Shown here in pieces: positions 29,787 to 40,621 of a stretch of 64,000 nucleotides of DNA. The stretch's first letter is position 1; each line of letters begins with the position of its first letter. The notes beneath the pieces are model-generated. The model searched no databases and was not told where the DNA came from. It worked only from the letters and a program-made list of their open reading frames with translations. Both the position numbers and the translations under genes were made by a program. This stretch comes from Candidatus Cloacimonadales bacterium (GTDB taxonomy: Bacteria; Cloacimonadota; Cloacimonadia; Cloacimonadales; JAFGVF01): positions 2,752,001 to 2,816,000 of the forward strand of contig OY782781.1 in the NCBI GenBank assembly GCA_963678315.1, read 5' to 3'.

Positions 29787-31292
29787 ATGAGTTTAGAAAT
29801 AATTGTAAATGTTTCTCCCTTTGAGAAAAGAATAGCATTGTTAGAAAATGGAAAACTTCTCGAGTTCATTATCGAGAAACCAAATTCTACAAATATTGTT
29901 AATAACATCTACAAAGGGATTGTAAAAGATGTACTTCCCGGTATGGGAGCTGCCTTTATTGATATTGGTCTAGAAAGAACTGCCTTTCTACACTACTCAG
30001 ATATCAGAACAGACTATTTGGATGAAGTTGAAGGTGATGGTAAACTTAGCAGAAAATCGAATGATTCTTCTATGATTAGTAAATACCTTCACCCTGGACA
30101 AGAGATTATTGTTCAGGTTCAAAAAGGACCACTCAATAAAAAAGGTGCTAGACTTACAGGGCAAATATCGTTGCCAGGTAAGTTTCTTGTCTTCTTTCCA
30201 AACAAGAAGAAAGTCTCTCTTTCTAGAAAGATTTCTTCTATAAAAGAAAAAAAGAGACTTCGAAACTTACTCTACGATATGAAAAATGATGACCATGGTT
30301 TGATAGTAAGAACTGAAGCTGAAGGTTGTTCTGACGAAGATTTAACAGCGGAATACAAGGCATTGGTTAAAAGTTGGAAATTGATTGATAAACAAATCCA
30401 ATATTCCAAGCCTCCTGTTTGTATCTTTGATGAGAATAAACTTCAAAATACACTTATTAGAGACCTTTTTAGAGATGATGTAACTCGTGTTGTAATAGAT
30501 GATTTGGATTTCCTAAAGAGTATTAAACATGAAATTTCTGATATCTCCCCTGACCTTATCGATAGAATTGAATGGTATAACGAAGATTCTCCAATTTTTG
30601 ATGCCTTTGGTATAGAGAAAAAGATTCAATCAATTTTTAATTCCAAAGCTTACCTTCCAAGTGGTGGTAATATCCAAATAGACCAAACCGAAGCATTGGT
30701 TGCTATAGATGTTAATACTGGTAGCTTTACAGGTAAATCAAAGTATGAAGAAACTGTTAAAAAGACCAATAAAGAAGCTGCCAAAGAAGTAGCAAGACAG
30801 ATTAGACTTCGAGATTTATCTGGAATAATTATTGTTGATTTTATTGATATGGTTGAAGATGCTAGCAGAGAAGTAGTTCTTGATGTTCTTAGAAAAGAAC
30901 TTAGAAAAGATAGAGCCCGTAACAAAGCCTATCCATTTGGTCCTCTAGGATTGGTTCAAATTACAAGAAAAAGAATAAGACCATCTATCATTTCATCTTA
31001 TTCAGAATCATGTCCTTACTGCTACGGTTCTGGAAGAATATTCTCATGCGATGCCGTTATAATGAATATCAGTAGATGGCTAAATAGAGCAGAATATTTT
31101 ATCAAAGGTGATTTGCTCAGAGTTGAAGTTCACCCAGATATAAGAGCCTTTATTCTTAATAACCCTGACTACATTTATGACAACTATGATTTTAAAGTAG
31201 AATTCGTTAGTAATGAAGCTTTACACAGGCATGACTTCAAGGTATATCTTGGAAAACAAGGTAAAGAAATAACAGATCAATATAGTGCTTGA
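29787..31292 (+). CDS. rng: Ribonuclease E/G family (RNase G length)
   Basis: NIYKGIV..VLPGMGAAFIDIG, KGARLT, IDVNTG, RLRDLSGIIIVDFIDM, CPYCYGSG. Confidence 0.9.
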   Translation: MSLEIIVNVSPFEKRIALLENGKLLEFIIEKPNSTNIVNNIYKGIVKDVLPGMGAAFIDIGLERTAFLHYSDIRTDYLDEVEGDGKLSRKSNDSSMISKYLHPGQEIIVQVQKGPLNKKGARLTGQISLPGKFLVFFPNKKKVSLSRKISSIKEKKRLRNLLYDMKNDDHGLIVRTEAEGCSDEDLTAEYKALVKSWKLIDKQIQYSKPPVCIFDENKLQNTLIRDLFRDDVTRVVIDDLDFLKSIKHEISDISPDLIDRIEWYNEDSPIFDAFGIEKKIQSIFNSKAYLPSGGNIQIDQTEALVAIDVNTGSFTGKSKYEETVKKTNKEAAKEVARQIRLRDLSGIIIVDFIDMVEDASREVVLDVLRKELRKDRARNKAYPFGPLGLVQITRKRIRPSIISSYSESCPYCYGSGRIFSCDAVIMNISRWLNRAEYFIKGDLLRVEVHPDIRAFILNNPDYIYDNYDFKVEFVSNEALHRHDFKVYLGKQGKEITDQYSA

Positions 31293-31358
31293 CAAGATTC
31301 GTAAGTTTCTGGTTTATGTTCTATACGAAGAATTTATAATAAATTTGAAGGAGAAAAA

Positions 31359-31673
31359 ATGTACGCAATAGTTCATTTTAAAGGATATCAGTTTAAGGTT
31401 GAAAAAGATGCTATAGTAAAAGTACCTTACCTTGCTGACCATAATGCTGGCGACCAAGTTAGCATTGAAGACGTACTTGTTCTTAGAGAAGAAAATGATG
31501 TAACTTTTGGTTCTCCAAAAGTTGAAGGTGCAGTTGTGACTGCTGAAGTTCTTGGACACAAAAAAGATAAAAAAATTATCGTGTTTAAAAAGAAAAGAAG
31601 AAAAGGCTATAAAAAGAAAAATGGCCACAGACAAAACTTCACTGAAATTAAAATCAAAGAGATTAAAAAATAG
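31359..31673 (+). CDS. rplU: 50S ribosomal protein L21
   Basis: MYAIV..GYQFKV; FKKKRRKGYKKKNGHRQ. Confidence 0.97.
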   Translation: MYAIVHFKGYQFKVEKDAIVKVPYLADHNAGDQVSIEDVLVLREENDVTFGSPKVEGAVVTAEVLGHKKDKKIIVFKKKRRKGYKKKNGHRQNFTEIKIKEIKK

Positions 31674-31682
31674 GAGGAACTA

Positions 31683-31937
31683 ATGGCTCATAAGAAAGGT
31701 GTCGGATCGAGTAAAAACGGTAGAGATAGTAATCCTCAGTATCTCGGAGTAAAAAAATACGGTAATGAATTTGTTATTCCTGGTAACATCATCGTTAGAC
31801 AACGTGGAACAAAATTCCATCCAGGTCTAGGTGTTGGTATGGGTAAAGATCACACTATCTTCGCTACTTCAGAAGGTAAAGTTCAATTTGTTACAAAAAG
31901 AAATGGTAGAAAATTCATTAACGTGGTTTCTGCTTAA
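31683..31937 (+). CDS. rpmA: 50S ribosomal protein L27
   Basis: [24 protein letters not shown]. Confidence 0.97.
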   Translation: MAHKKGVGSSKNGRDSNPQYLGVKKYGNEFVIPGNIIVRQRGTKFHPGLGVGMGKDHTIFATSEGKVQFVTKRNGRKFINVVSA

Positions 31938-31956
31938 ATAAATAGTTTATTATTTT

Positions 31957-31988
31957 AAGAGTGTTGAAAAATCAACACTCTTTTTTTT
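31957..31988 (+). terminator. Intrinsic terminator
   Basis: aagagtgttga-aaaa-tcaacactctt followed by T-tract. Confidence 0.85.
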
Positions 31989-32311
31989 ATATCTATAAAA
32001 TACTAGATTTTTAGCTCTATTCAATTGAAATAAGAAATTAATTCTTGTAATTTAATTCTTAATTCACTTAATTTTAACTAAATATTCTTTAAAATGAAAT
32101 TTAGCCAATTTAAATAAAACACTCTTATTTACATATAGACCATAGTTTTACACTACTTCTATCGTCTTTTTTTATAGCCTAACTTGACAACTATAACTTT
32201 TTGAACTATCTTGCCTTATGTGATTATCAACATCTATTTCGAGATGTCTGGTAATCCTTTTTGCGTTTATAATAGATATAATTTAATAGACTTAAAGGAG
32301 ATTGGGATATT

Positions 32312-34048
32312 ATGGCAAGTAAATCAAGTGCTAGCTATTATGGAGATTTAAAGAAAATGTCAAAAATTAGAGCTTTGGCAGAAACAGCAGTAAACAATTC
32401 TAATGTTAGGAAAGTTACTATCGCTGAAGCTTATGAAATGGCAAGAAAACAAGCAGGTGTATCAGAAACAGATTTCGAGATTTATCCAGAATTTGCAAAA
32501 AAAGCTGGATTACCATCAGGTGCTAAAGTTCTCAATGACTGTCACGGAACAATATTAGGACGTACTGCAAAAGCTAGAAAATTCTATCATAGAGAAGAAG
32601 AAAAGAATCAAATTAGAATTGAAGGCGATATCAGGGAAGCAATGTACGAACTACAACACTATGATTTAATCATGGGAGAAGCTGTTATCGGTCTTGATAA
32701 AGACTTGATGATTAAAGCTACTTATGTGACTACCGAAACTGATGCGATGAATATGTTTAATTGGTTAACTAACTTCATCCCTTATGAATTAGTTGCAGAT
32801 GAATATGCTAAGAGTAAAGAACTAGATATTCAAGATATCATCATTATTGCTTATAATGATTGGTGTCCACCAAAACAGGATAACTTCTACCATACTGTTA
32901 ATTCTACTCAGCTTGCTCTAGTAGATGAAAAAGAGAATGTTATCTTTAACTTCGGTATGAGATATTTCGGTGAAAGAAAGAAAGGAACACTCACTTTAGC
33001 ATGGACTTCTGGTATGAGATTAGGTATGGCAGCGTGTCATGGTGGAATTAAAGAAATTGACTTCACTAACTGCACTGATGAACAATACCAAGATCTAGGC
33101 AAGCGTTCTATAGCTTTCTACGGACTTTCAGGAACTGGTAAATCTTCTCATACTAATAGTATTGATAACTGTGGAACATTACCAGAAGGCTTTAAGAAAG
33201 TTGTTCTTCATGATGATGCTTTCCAAATTGATGTAGAAGAAAAAGTATGCCGTGTGTGGGAACCTAGTCTCTTTGATAAAACAGACTCTAGAACTCCTAG
33301 TCACCAAGACTGGAAATATTGCTTATCTCTAATGAATCATGCAATCATTAATATTGATGGTAAAAGAGTCCCTGTCGGTTTGGATTTAAGAAATGCTAAT
33401 GGTAGATGTCTCTTTGATAGAGATCTTTTAGGAAACTGGGTTAATAGATGTTCTTTCCCTAAAGCTCTTGCTTGGCTTATGAAAGATACAATACTTCCTC
33501 CAGTAATCAGATTTACCAATAAGCATTTAGCAGTTTCAATGGGTACTGCTTTGATGACCAAAAGAAATAGAGCTGAGAACGTCAAGGAAGAAGAACTTAA
33601 CAAATTAGTATTTGAACCTTTCGCTAACCCTTTCAGAGTTTATGAATTGTGGAAAGACGTTGAAGCATTCATCAAAGTAATAGAAAATGGTGCTAATGTG
33701 TATTGTTTCAACTCTATTGGTTATTGGAAATCTTCAGATACAGACTTAGAAGCTATTCCTTTAGCAACTTCATTAACACTTCAAACAGGCATCCTTATGG
33801 ATCAATTAGAATGGGAAGATTGGGACTTATTTGACGGAGCTCAAATTCCTACCAAAGAATCAGTAGATAAAATTCTTCCAGGTTACTATGACCGTTATGA
33901 TCCAAATAAACGTGAAAATATTCATAAATATAAAATGATGGTTCTAGATAGATTTAGACAACGTATGGACTTTATTAAAGGCTCAGATGTAAGCACAAAA
34001 CCTGAATTACTAGATGATTTAATTAAATCATTAAAAGTACATTTATAG
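32312..34048 (+). CDS. Phosphoenolpyruvate carboxykinase (ATP), divergent type
   Basis: YFGERKKG, CHGG, GLSGTGKSS P-loop, LHDDAF, EPFANPFRVY. Confidence 0.75.
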   Translation: MASKSSASYYGDLKKMSKIRALAETAVNNSNVRKVTIAEAYEMARKQAGVSETDFEIYPEFAKKAGLPSGAKVLNDCHGTILGRTAKARKFYHREEEKNQIRIEGDIREAMYELQHYDLIMGEAVIGLDKDLMIKATYVTTETDAMNMFNWLTNFIPYELVADEYAKSKELDIQDIIIIAYNDWCPPKQDNFYHTVNSTQLALVDEKENVIFNFGMRYFGERKKGTLTLAWTSGMRLGMAACHGGIKEIDFTNCTDEQYQDLGKRSIAFYGLSGTGKSSHTNSIDNCGTLPEGFKKVVLHDDAFQIDVEEKVCRVWEPSLFDKTDSRTPSHQDWKYCLSLMNHAIINIDGKRVPVGLDLRNANGRCLFDRDLLGNWVNRCSFPKALAWLMKDTILPPVIRFTNKHLAVSMGTALMTKRNRAENVKEEELNKLVFEPFANPFRVYELWKDVEAFIKVIENGANVYCFNSIGYWKSSDTDLEAIPLATSLTLQTGILMDQLEWEDWDLFDGAQIPTKESVDKILPGYYDRYDPNKRENIHKYKMMVLDRFRQRMDFIKGSDVSTKPELLDDLIKSLKVHL

Positions 34049-34070
34049 AATTATTATTAAATAACATATT

Positions 34071-34099
34071 AAGGGAAACTAATTTTGGTTTCCCTTTTT
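34071..34099 (+). terminator. Intrinsic terminator
   Basis: aagggaaact...ggtttccctt followed by T-tract. Confidence 0.75.
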
Positions 34100-34208
34100 C
34101 TTTTCCAGCATACATATTCTGTAGATACATGCAAATGTATGAATGAAAATTTTTATAAAATCAAAGACATTAATAATTGTCCTTTGGGACGAACACCAGG
34201 TTCTTTCT

Positions 34209-34255
34209 ACCCTGAAAGGGTTATTCTTTCCAAAGCCCAGTACTTCAGTGCTGGG
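34209..34255. repeat. REP-like hairpin pair (family C) downstream of 5S
   Basis: accctgaaagggt and cccagtacttcagtgctggg. Confidence 0.65.
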
Positions 34256-34306
34256 TAATAATAAAGCCACAGCCCCTATCATACATAAAAAAAAGCAAGG
34301 GTCAAA

Positions 34307-34422
<116 letters not shown>

Positions 34423-34668
34423 TTTGACCCTTGCCAAAAATGATTTATATTAGTGTTTTTTACTTCATTTATTAATATGTAAGTTCGTAAGCAAGATGCT
34501 TACAATCCTTATTCATAATAAAATAAAGCTATAGAGTGTATAAAATTTAATAAGTAAGACGATCGAGTTATTAGTATCACTCGGCTGAACATATTGCTAT
34601 GCGTACACCTGTGACCTATATACATTGTAGTCTCCAATGACTCTAAGGGGAGATCTAATCTTGAGGTT

Positions 34669-34701
<33 letters not shown>

Positions 34702-34819
34702 GTTCCGAACTTAGCTACTCGGCAATGCAGCTGGCGCCACAACCGATACACCAGAGGTTCGTCCACACCGGTCCTCTCGTACTAAATGAAGATCCTCTCA
34801 AATCTCCTACGCCCACGAA

Positions 34820-34866
<47 letters not shown>

Positions 34867-34869
34867 ACT

Positions 34870-34920
<51 letters not shown>

Positions 34921-34976
34921 AGTTGAGCCGACATCGAGGTGCCAAACACCGCCGTCGATATGAACTCTTGGGCGGT

Positions 34977-35009
<33 letters not shown>

Positions 35010-35348
35010 TTTGAGCAACGGCCCTTCCATTCAGAACCGCCGGATCACTAAGACCTAGTTTCCTACCTGCTCGACCCGTCAGTCTCGCAGTCAAGCTCCC
35101 TTATACCTTTATGCTCTGCAGATGATTACCAACCATCTTGAGGGAACCTTGGTAAGCCTCCGTTACTTTTTAGGAGGCGACCGCCCCAGTCAAACCGCCC
35201 ACCTGGCAATGTCCGATATGTTTTCATATCGTTAGTAAATCAATTTAATAAGGGTGGTATTTCAACAACGGCTCATCACAATCTAGCGACCATGAGTCAT
35301 AGCCTCCCACCTATCCTACACATACTAAACCAATGTACAATGCCAAGA

Positions 35349-35379
<31 letters not shown>

Positions 35380-35446
35380 GTTCGCGGGTAAGCGGTATCT
35401 TCACCGCTATTACAATTTCACCGAGTTCCTGGTTGAGACAGTGCCC

Positions 35447-35534
<88 letters not shown>

Positions 35535-36242
35535 TGGGGCTTCATTTCAAAGCTTCGCAATTAAGCTAACCTCTCCATTTAACCTTCCAGCACCGGGCAG
35601 GTGTCAGTCTGTATACTTCGAATTACTTCTTCGCACAGACCTGTGTTTTTGATAAACAGTCGCTTGGGCCTCTTCACTGCGGCCACTTCATGCTTTGTAT
35701 TGTACATACTAACACTAACGTGGCACCCCTTCTCCCGAAGTTACGGGGTCATTTTGCCTAGTTCCTTAACCAGAATTCTCTCGAACACCTGAGGATACTC
35801 TCCTCGTCCACCTGTGTCGGTTTAGGGTACGGTCTGTTATAATTCAACGTTTAGAAGCTATTTCTCGGCAGTCCTATAAACACACTTTATTAGCTATGCT
35901 ATCGTCCTGTACCTCGGATTGACTCTACGGATTTGCCTATAAAGTCTCCTACATACATTCAACTACTAATCCAACAGTAGTCTGTGCAGCATTACTGCGT
36001 CACTCCATCACTCATTATAACAGGCCCAGGAATATTAACCTGGTTCCCATCAGCTGCGCCGTTCGGCATCGCCTTAGGGGCCGGCTTACCCTCAGAAGAT
36101 TATCTTTACTGAGGAAACCTTGGACTTGCGGTGTGTGAGTTTCTCACTCACATTATCGTTACTCATGCCAACATCGTCTCTTCCGAACGCTCCAACTAAC
36201 CTCACAGTTAATCTTCGTCGCTGTTCAGAATGCTCTTCTACC

Positions 36243-36558
36243 CCCAGCACTTATTTGTATTTTTTTTAGATTGTTTCAATACTATTACTTATACGTTCTT
36301 TCAAAAATCTCTTACTGTTTCCATGTTGTTTGAGTTTTTGCTCACGTTGTCTTGCATCTTTTTCTGAGTAGTATGCTTCATAATATACTAAATCCCATAT
36401 GTCGTTATTAGTATATCCTTTATGTTTACTATTATGTTGTTTAACTCGCTGTTGTAAATTTGATGTATATCCTATATACAATTTCTCTTTACTTCTACTT
36501 ATTAACACATAAACATAGTACATACGAACTCCTAAAAAAAATATAAATAAGTGCTGGG
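36243..36558 (-). mobile_element. Intervening sequence (IVS) replacing 23S helix 45
   Basis: AT-rich insert between conserved gaatgctcttctacc and ccacggcttcgg; arms 36243-36270 and 36531-36558 form a 28-bp stem with one mismatch. Confidence 0.9.
36266..36523 (-). CDS. GIY-YIG nuclease (85 aa, stand-alone UPF0213/SLX1-like) encoded inside the 23S IVS
   Basis: MYYVYVL...LYIGYTSNLQQRVKQHN...WDLVYYEAY.SEKDARQREQKLK; AGGAG 5 nt before ATG; same strand as the rRNA. Confidence 0.9.
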   Translation of the reverse strand: MYYVYVLISRSKEKLYIGYTSNLQQRVKQHNSKHKGYTNNDIWDLVYYEAYYSEKDARQREQKLKQHGNSKRFLKERISNSIETI

Positions 36559-36607
36559 CCACGGCTTCGGTTCTATGCTTTAGTCCCGATCATCTTCGGT
36601 GCATTAC

Positions 36608-36641
<34 letters not shown>

Positions 36642-37810
36642 TGGTGGCTGCTTCTAAGCCAACATCCTGGCTGTCTATGCAATTAAACATCCTTTCTCAC
36701 TTAGCATAAAATTGGGGACCTTAGCCGGTGGTCTGGGTTCTTTCCCTTTCGTCCGTGAAGCTTATCCCCCACGGGCTGTCTCCCAGGTATCATTTATAGG
36801 CATTCGGAGTTTGATTGGGTTCAGTAAACTGGTGAGTCCCCTAGCCCATTCAGTGCTCTACCTCCTATAAACTTTTGCCTGAGGCCATACCTAAATATGT
36901 TTCGAAGAGAACCAGCTATCTCCGGGTTTGTTTGGCCTTTCACCCCTACCCACAACTCATCCACTAATTTTTTAACATTAGTTGGTGCGGTCCTTCAGCA
37001 AGTGTTACCTTGCCTTCAACCTGGTCATGGGTAGATCACCCGGTTTCGGGTCTAATCCAATCAACTTAACGCGCTATTAACACTCGCTTTCGCTTCGGCT
37101 ACATTTCTGTAAAACTTAACCTCGCTGAATAGATTAACTCGTTGGCTCATTATGCAAAAGGCACGCCATCGCTATTAAGCTCTGACTGCTTGTAAACACA
37201 CGGTTTCAGGTTCTATTTCACTCCCCTTCTGGGGTCCTTTTCACCTTTCCCTCACGGTACTGTTTCACTATCGGTCACCAAACGTATTTAGCCTTACGAG
37301 ATGGTCCTCGCAGATTCAATCGGAATTTCTCGTGTTCCGACCTACTCGGGATGCTACTAAGATGGTAATCAATTTTAACTACAGGACTTTCACCTTCTCT
37401 GGTTGAACTTCCCAGATCAATTCGTCTATCAATTACTTCTCTACATTGTAGTCCCACAACCCCAGTTATTCAACTGGTTTAGGCTCTTCCCCGTTCGCTC
37501 GCCGCTACTTAGGAAATCGTTTTTACTTTCTCTTCCTGAGGGTACTTAGATGTTTCAGTTCCCCTCGTTCGCCTCCGGTAAACCGGATGACACAACATTA
37601 CTTGTGCCGGGTTGCCCCATTCGGATACCTCCGGGTCGAAGCTTGCTTACAGCTCACCGAAGATTTTCGCAGTTAACCACGTCCTTCATCGCCATTTGGT
37701 GCCAAGGCATCCACCATGTGCTCTTTTGCTCTTACAAAAAAAATCTTACACACTCTATATTACACTCTATTTACTGTTTAAACATCTTAGTTTCCTTTGA
37801 TAAAAAAATA

Positions 37811-37886
37811 TGGTGGAGAATAACGGGCTCGAACCGTTGACCCCCTGCTTGCAAAGCAGGTGCTCTCCCAACTGAGCTAATCCCCC
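37811..37886 (-). tRNA. tRNA-Ala(TGC)
   Basis: ggggga..agctcagttgggagagcacctgcttTGCaagcagg...ctccaCCA in the 16S-23S spacer. Confidence 0.96.
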
Positions 37887-37891
37887 ACAAC

Positions 37892-37968
<77 letters not shown>

Positions 37969-38057
37969 ATATTTTAATCAGAAACTATATAGATTAAAAA
38001 AGTCCCTATAATCATGAAAGAATGAAAGTGAACTCGTCGAGAAACATTTCTCCTTTA

Positions 38058-39593
<1,536 letters not shown>

Positions 39594-39664
39594 TAATAAA
39601 AATCGTTTTTTCTGTCTCTCGCAAGTTCACATTCATTCTCTCACTCTATAAAAACTTTTAATTT

Positions 39665-39759
39665 AACTTTCAAAGATCATTACCTCTGCTTTGTCGCTTC
39701 GTTTCCTTAGCTCCCGTGCATCGGTTGTGTTAAACTATAAGAGCCTGCTTTCTTGTCAA
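39665..39759 (-). promoter_or_regulatory. rrn promoter and boxA-like antitermination site
   Basis: TTGACA (39759-39754), 16-nt spacer, TAGTTT; downstream tgatctttgaaagtt. Confidence 0.6.
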
Positions 39760-40024
39760 TACTTATTTTAATCTTTTTATGTTTTTTATTTTATCAATAC
39801 AGACATTCCTCTTTATCATACTTTTGTTAAATAAGCAGTTAAAGTCTCTAATATTTTTATGTATTATTTTGATTATTAATAAAAATTGCTTTAAAATCGA
39901 GATTATATTAATAAATTCAACCTGTAAGTTTCAGAAAAACTTCTATTGTGAGGATGAATATATTTGGTTAGAGTAAGTATGCATTTTAGTTGTTTTCTTT
40001 TCTACTACTATTATATAATATCAA

Positions 40025-40074
40025 TTTGCGTAAGCATGAAGTTCCTTCAACCTAGCGGTGGATGCTTACACTCC
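40025..40074. repeat. ~50-bp gtaagcat...atgcttac unit (also at ~40217 and inverted at ~59362)
   Basis: tttgcgtaagcatgaagttccttcaacctagcggtggatgcttacactcc. Confidence 0.8.
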
Positions 40075-40195
40075 ACAAATCCTCATATCATTCTCCCACG
40101 ATTGAAATCATAGGCTCTGAAGAAAGCTGTCCCTTTGGGACAATCACCTTAAGACCTTCTGCCGAACGTCTCTACTCTGGGCTTGTAGCCATCCT

Positions 40196-40491
40196 TGGCT
40201 ACGAAAAACACTTTACTTTGTGTAAGCATGAACTTTGTTCAAGCTATCGGTGGATGCTTACACTCCCTTTTCTGAGACGTTCTTCCGAACGCCTCTACAA
40301 ATTCACTTATCACTGCGTTCTAATGAAGCCAGCGCAGAGGCTGGCGATCCCAGTAACTCCTAACTTCTAACACCTCTTTGCCAGCTATCCGGCAGCAGCC
40401 GGACTAAAGGCAAAGCCTTCCCAGTAACTCATAACTCCTTCCTTACGGGTCTCCTTGAAAAATTGGCTTTTTTTCAAAGGAGCAAGTAAGG
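40196..40491. repeat. ~300-bp composite repeat, inverted relative to 59114-59432
   Basis: Ordered modules: gtaagcat unit, GTAGAG REP, gccagcgcagaggctggc, heptamers, tccggcagcagccgga, family A palindrome. Confidence 0.85.
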
Positions 40492-40621
40492 ATGGCCTAT
40501 ATCCTAATAATATCTATACATTATTATATACTACTAAAACATATTTTGAATTTTCTTATTGACAGCATTTTGCAAAAAGCTTGAATTTGCACAACTAACG
40601 ATATCAAAAAAAAGGAGATTC

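Noticed and set aside
36243..36558. Group I or II intron interpretation of the 23S insert
   Set aside because: Only about 60 nt lie outside the ORF and they form one simple stem, leaving no space for a catalytic core.
36524..36562. 98-aa version of the GIY-YIG ORF starting at GTG 36562
   Set aside because: That start lies in conserved rRNA and the paired stem. ATG 36523 has an AGGAG RBS and gives the typical MYYVY N-terminus.
40062..40370. ORFs 40062-40370, 59119-59304, 2890-3108 and 34143-34364
   Set aside because: Translations of non-coding repeats or 5S rRNA. The shared peptide MKPAQRLAIPV simply reflects the composite repeat.
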